Shown here piece after piece: positions 61,292 through 64,000 of a stretch of DNA of 64,000 nt. The DNA is from Mobula hypostoma (lineage: Eukaryota). The translations under genes and the position numbers were made by a program. The notes under the pieces were generated by a model that saw nothing but the letters and a program-made list of their open reading frames with translations, was not told where the DNA came from and made no database searches. Position 1 is the first letter of the stretch, and every line of letters starts with the position of its first letter. Location: NCBI RefSeq assembly GCF_963921235.1, contig NC_086098.1:9300001-9364000 (forward strand). Direction: 5' to 3'.

Positions 61292-62451
61292 ACTTACCTA
61301 CCAGCATCACTGAAGGACAGCTTGGACAAGTCCCTCATCCAGGACTTCCAACAGACACAGGTCTGTGGCGCCTCAGGGGCTGCGCTTAGAGAGGGGGAGC
61401 CTGTCACAACCACGGATGTGGCAGCACAGCAGATTCGGCAATTGCACTCGTGAATGTGCACGTCAGCTAATTATTATTTCATTGTGATAGTATTTAACTC
61501 CATTCATTCGTCATAGTATTTGTCAAGACTTGGACATAGCAATGCTTCATTGCGTGCTGCATTTCACCTTGCCCGAGAAATTGGACAGTCGAGTCAACTG
61601 ATTCTGAATACTAGTAGTACTGTATTCGTTTTATTCTGAGTTGTTCTTTTTAGCCGCAGTGGAGGCTCGTTTTCCATTTGAGAGTTTTAGTTAATGGACC
61701 TGTTTGGCCTAACATCTATTGTTTGCTTTTCCCTTCAACACTGTTCACATTAAAGTCTGTGAACTATCAACCTGCTTCAGTGTTTCTCACTCCGTACTTG
61801 GGCCATACCCGAACCAGGTGAGAGAAAGCTCACCAATACCTATGTTTCCTGAGGAGGGAGAAGGCTAGACTGTTCACATCTATTGTCACAGATACACAGA
61901 AGAGAATATCCTAATATGCTGTGTCACTGGTACGGAAACTGCACAGCAGCAAACAGGAAGGCTGTACAACTCGTAGTCAACACTGCCAAATACATCACTG
62001 GCACCAGCCTACCTAGCATCAAGGACATGTATATGGAAAGCTGCTGGAAAAAGGCCAGTAACTTCATGAAAGATCCCACCCACCCTGCTCATAGACTATT
62101 TATCCCACCCCCATCAGGTAGTAGGCTATGTAGCATCCGTACCATGACCACCAGACTCAAAAACAGTTACTTTCCACAACTGTAAGACTAATCAACACCT
62201 CCACCCACTAACCCACCCCTTCACACCCCTCCACCACGACTATTTTATTATTTCCTGTCATCACCTTTATGTTCTGACATTCTTGTACCTAGCTTACTTT
62301 ATGGACATACAATCAATGTATGTATATAAGCTGTCTTAAAGCTAAATGTTATTATTGTGTTTTTTATCTTATTGTGCATTTTTTGTGCTGCATTGGATCT
62401 GGAGAAAGAGTCAGTTCGTTCTCCTTTACACTTGTTTACTGGAAATGACAT

Positions 62452-62552
62452 TCCAGTCCTGAAGAAGGGTCTCGGCCCAAAATGTCAATTGCTTATTCAT
62501 TTAAAAAGATGCTGCCTGACCTGCTGAGTTCCTCTAGCATTTTGTGTGTGCT
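62452..62552 (+). mobile_element. PLE terminal fragment with CpG-decayed hammerhead
   Basis: cagtcctgaagaagggtctcggcccaaaatgtcaattg...gatgctgcctgacctgctgagttcctctagca. Confidence 0.7.
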
Positions 62553-62649
62553 GCGTTGAATCTTGAACTCAGTATTTCAAATCTGTACCAACTCTTTAAG
62601 AAACGAGTCCAATTAGTACCAACCATCATTTTCTTTCTCCATAATCCTG

Positions 62650-62899
62650 ACCCGGATCTGGGGCCGTACCCTCCAAATATACGGACCTGCCTCTCAGTTT
62701 TTTTGCAGTACCTTACTTCCCATTTTTCTATTTTCTATTTATGATTTATAATTTTAATTTTTAATATTTACTAATTTTAACTATTTTTAATATTTAGTAT
62801 TTGTAATCCAGGGAGTGTGAAGCGCAGAATCAAATATCGCTGTGATGATTGTACGTTCTTGTACCAATTGTTTGGCGACAATAAAGTATAAAGTATAAA
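62650..62899 (+). mobile_element. LINE 3' UTR fragment (probably Rex1-like)
   Basis: AT-rich UTR ending ggcgacaataaagtataaagtataaa with a short tandem tail. Confidence 0.5.
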
Positions 62900-64000
62900 C
62901 CAGCGTATGTTTATTTTTCATTTTTGCCTTGGAGAGCTCTGGCCTTGTTGCACAGTCACTTGCATCAGTATAGTCACCACTTTTGTGCCAGTGGAGATCT
63001 GTTGATAGTTATCTTAGCATGAATGGAGAAATTCAATTCTGGTATAGAAGAAGGGAGTAAGCATGCCCAAATTCTTCTCCTAGACACTGGGTCAAAGTTC
63101 ATTTGAGGATATTCTTATTTTAATTAGTTGACCTACAATCTCTGATTTTTATTTCTGTGATATTTAGATATTTTTGCTTAATAAATGAAACACTAGTACA
63201 TTTTGATTCAGTAATCAGGTCACTGGCTCCAGTATGAATTCTGTTTTATGTCTAATTTATTGAAAAATACAGCCCTGTTTATGTTTCTTGTTGCAATGGA
63301 TTCTGACATTGTGCCATTTTATCTGAAGATCCTCATACAAAATTAAAGGCTGCTTTCCTACCTTGTCCCTTTTAAGTCAATCACTCACATATGATCAAAC
63401 CAGGAGCAATTCAGTCAGAAGTTGAACGTCTTTGCCGGTGCTCTGCAGAATTTGCCTTTGTTTGACATGAGAAATACTTGCATCACTTGGTCGGTGCTGT
63501 TATTTGTTATAAGGGAACAAAGGCCAAACTCTGCACAATGCAGGTCTGTGTGGCTATGTGTTGGATTTTGGCAGTGTTCCTGGACCTGCCATTGATTTTT
63601 GTGTATTTTATTATGTTATACATACAAAGTACTGACCTGCAATAGTTTCTGTTCCTCGTGTGCAGAGTAATATAAGCCTAAGCCGAGGGAACTGGTATTA
63701 GCATAAGTGTCCTAGTTCTGTCATTTTGATTAATTTGTCTCTTTGTCTGTACCCTATACCATGAGCTTTTACTACTGCAGAGCCTCATGTGTCAGTGGCT
63801 TCAAATTGTACTTTACTTCACCTTTTTTTTGTTTTTTCCCCCTTTTTCTTTATTATTTTTCTTATTCAGCACTTTTTGGAGATTTTTTTTCCACACATTT
63901 CCATTAATAGCTTGCTTTAATGCTACAGTAATCACATATGGTGCTGGATATTCATGAAGCGGTGATCTCAGGGGCAGCAGCTGCTGATGCAAGCTGAAAA

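Larger units (their letters stand above)
59088..61823 (+). mobile_element. Deleted Gypsy (sushi/chromovirus-like) LTR element A, with LTRs at 59088-59932 and 61402-61823
   Basis: Both LTRs begin tgtcacaacca.ggat and end accaggtga(c/g)a. PPT agagagggggag precedes the 3' LTR. TSD AAAAG (59083-59087) / GAAAG (61824-61828). A pol-end remnant reads LDKSLIQDF...GASGAALREG. Confidence 0.85.
58090..62450 (+). mobile_element. Rex1/Babar-like LINE (RT to 3' UTR) split by an LTR element at 59088-61823
   Basis: KAAGPDNIPG, RILFLDFGSAFNSIVP, QGSVLNPLLYSLFTHDC and KFTDD; after the LTR element it resumes as KAHQYLCFLRR...WYGN...RLKNSYFPQ. Confidence 0.85.

Overview
Eukaryotic genomic DNA. The repeat set (CR1/HER1-like LINEs with short microsatellite tails, HE1-like V-SINEs, Penelope-like elements, Rex1/Babar and L2 LINEs) suggests a cartilaginous fish such as a ray or shark; this is an inference. 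The only host coding sequence found is the first coding exon of bach2 (+ strand, exon 31925-32179, ATG at 31937, 81 codons of the BTB domain). The rest is probably bach2 intron, mostly filled with nested, decayed transposable elements, and nearly every long ORF in the track is TE-derived. Highlights: (1) about ten remnants of a minimal type-I hammerhead ribozyme at Penelope-like element ends, one with an intact core on the bach2 sense strand; (2) three small fold-back Penelope-derived insertions with 12-13 bp target duplications; (3) a Gypsy-in-Gypsy-in-LINE nest; (4) a HERO-type endonuclease fragment with a 35-bp duplication; (5) three insertions into the same short CR1 motif; (6) near-identical inverted CR1 copies bracketing the bach2 ATG exon. 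Repeat boundaries were read by eye and are approximate unless a TSD is quoted.
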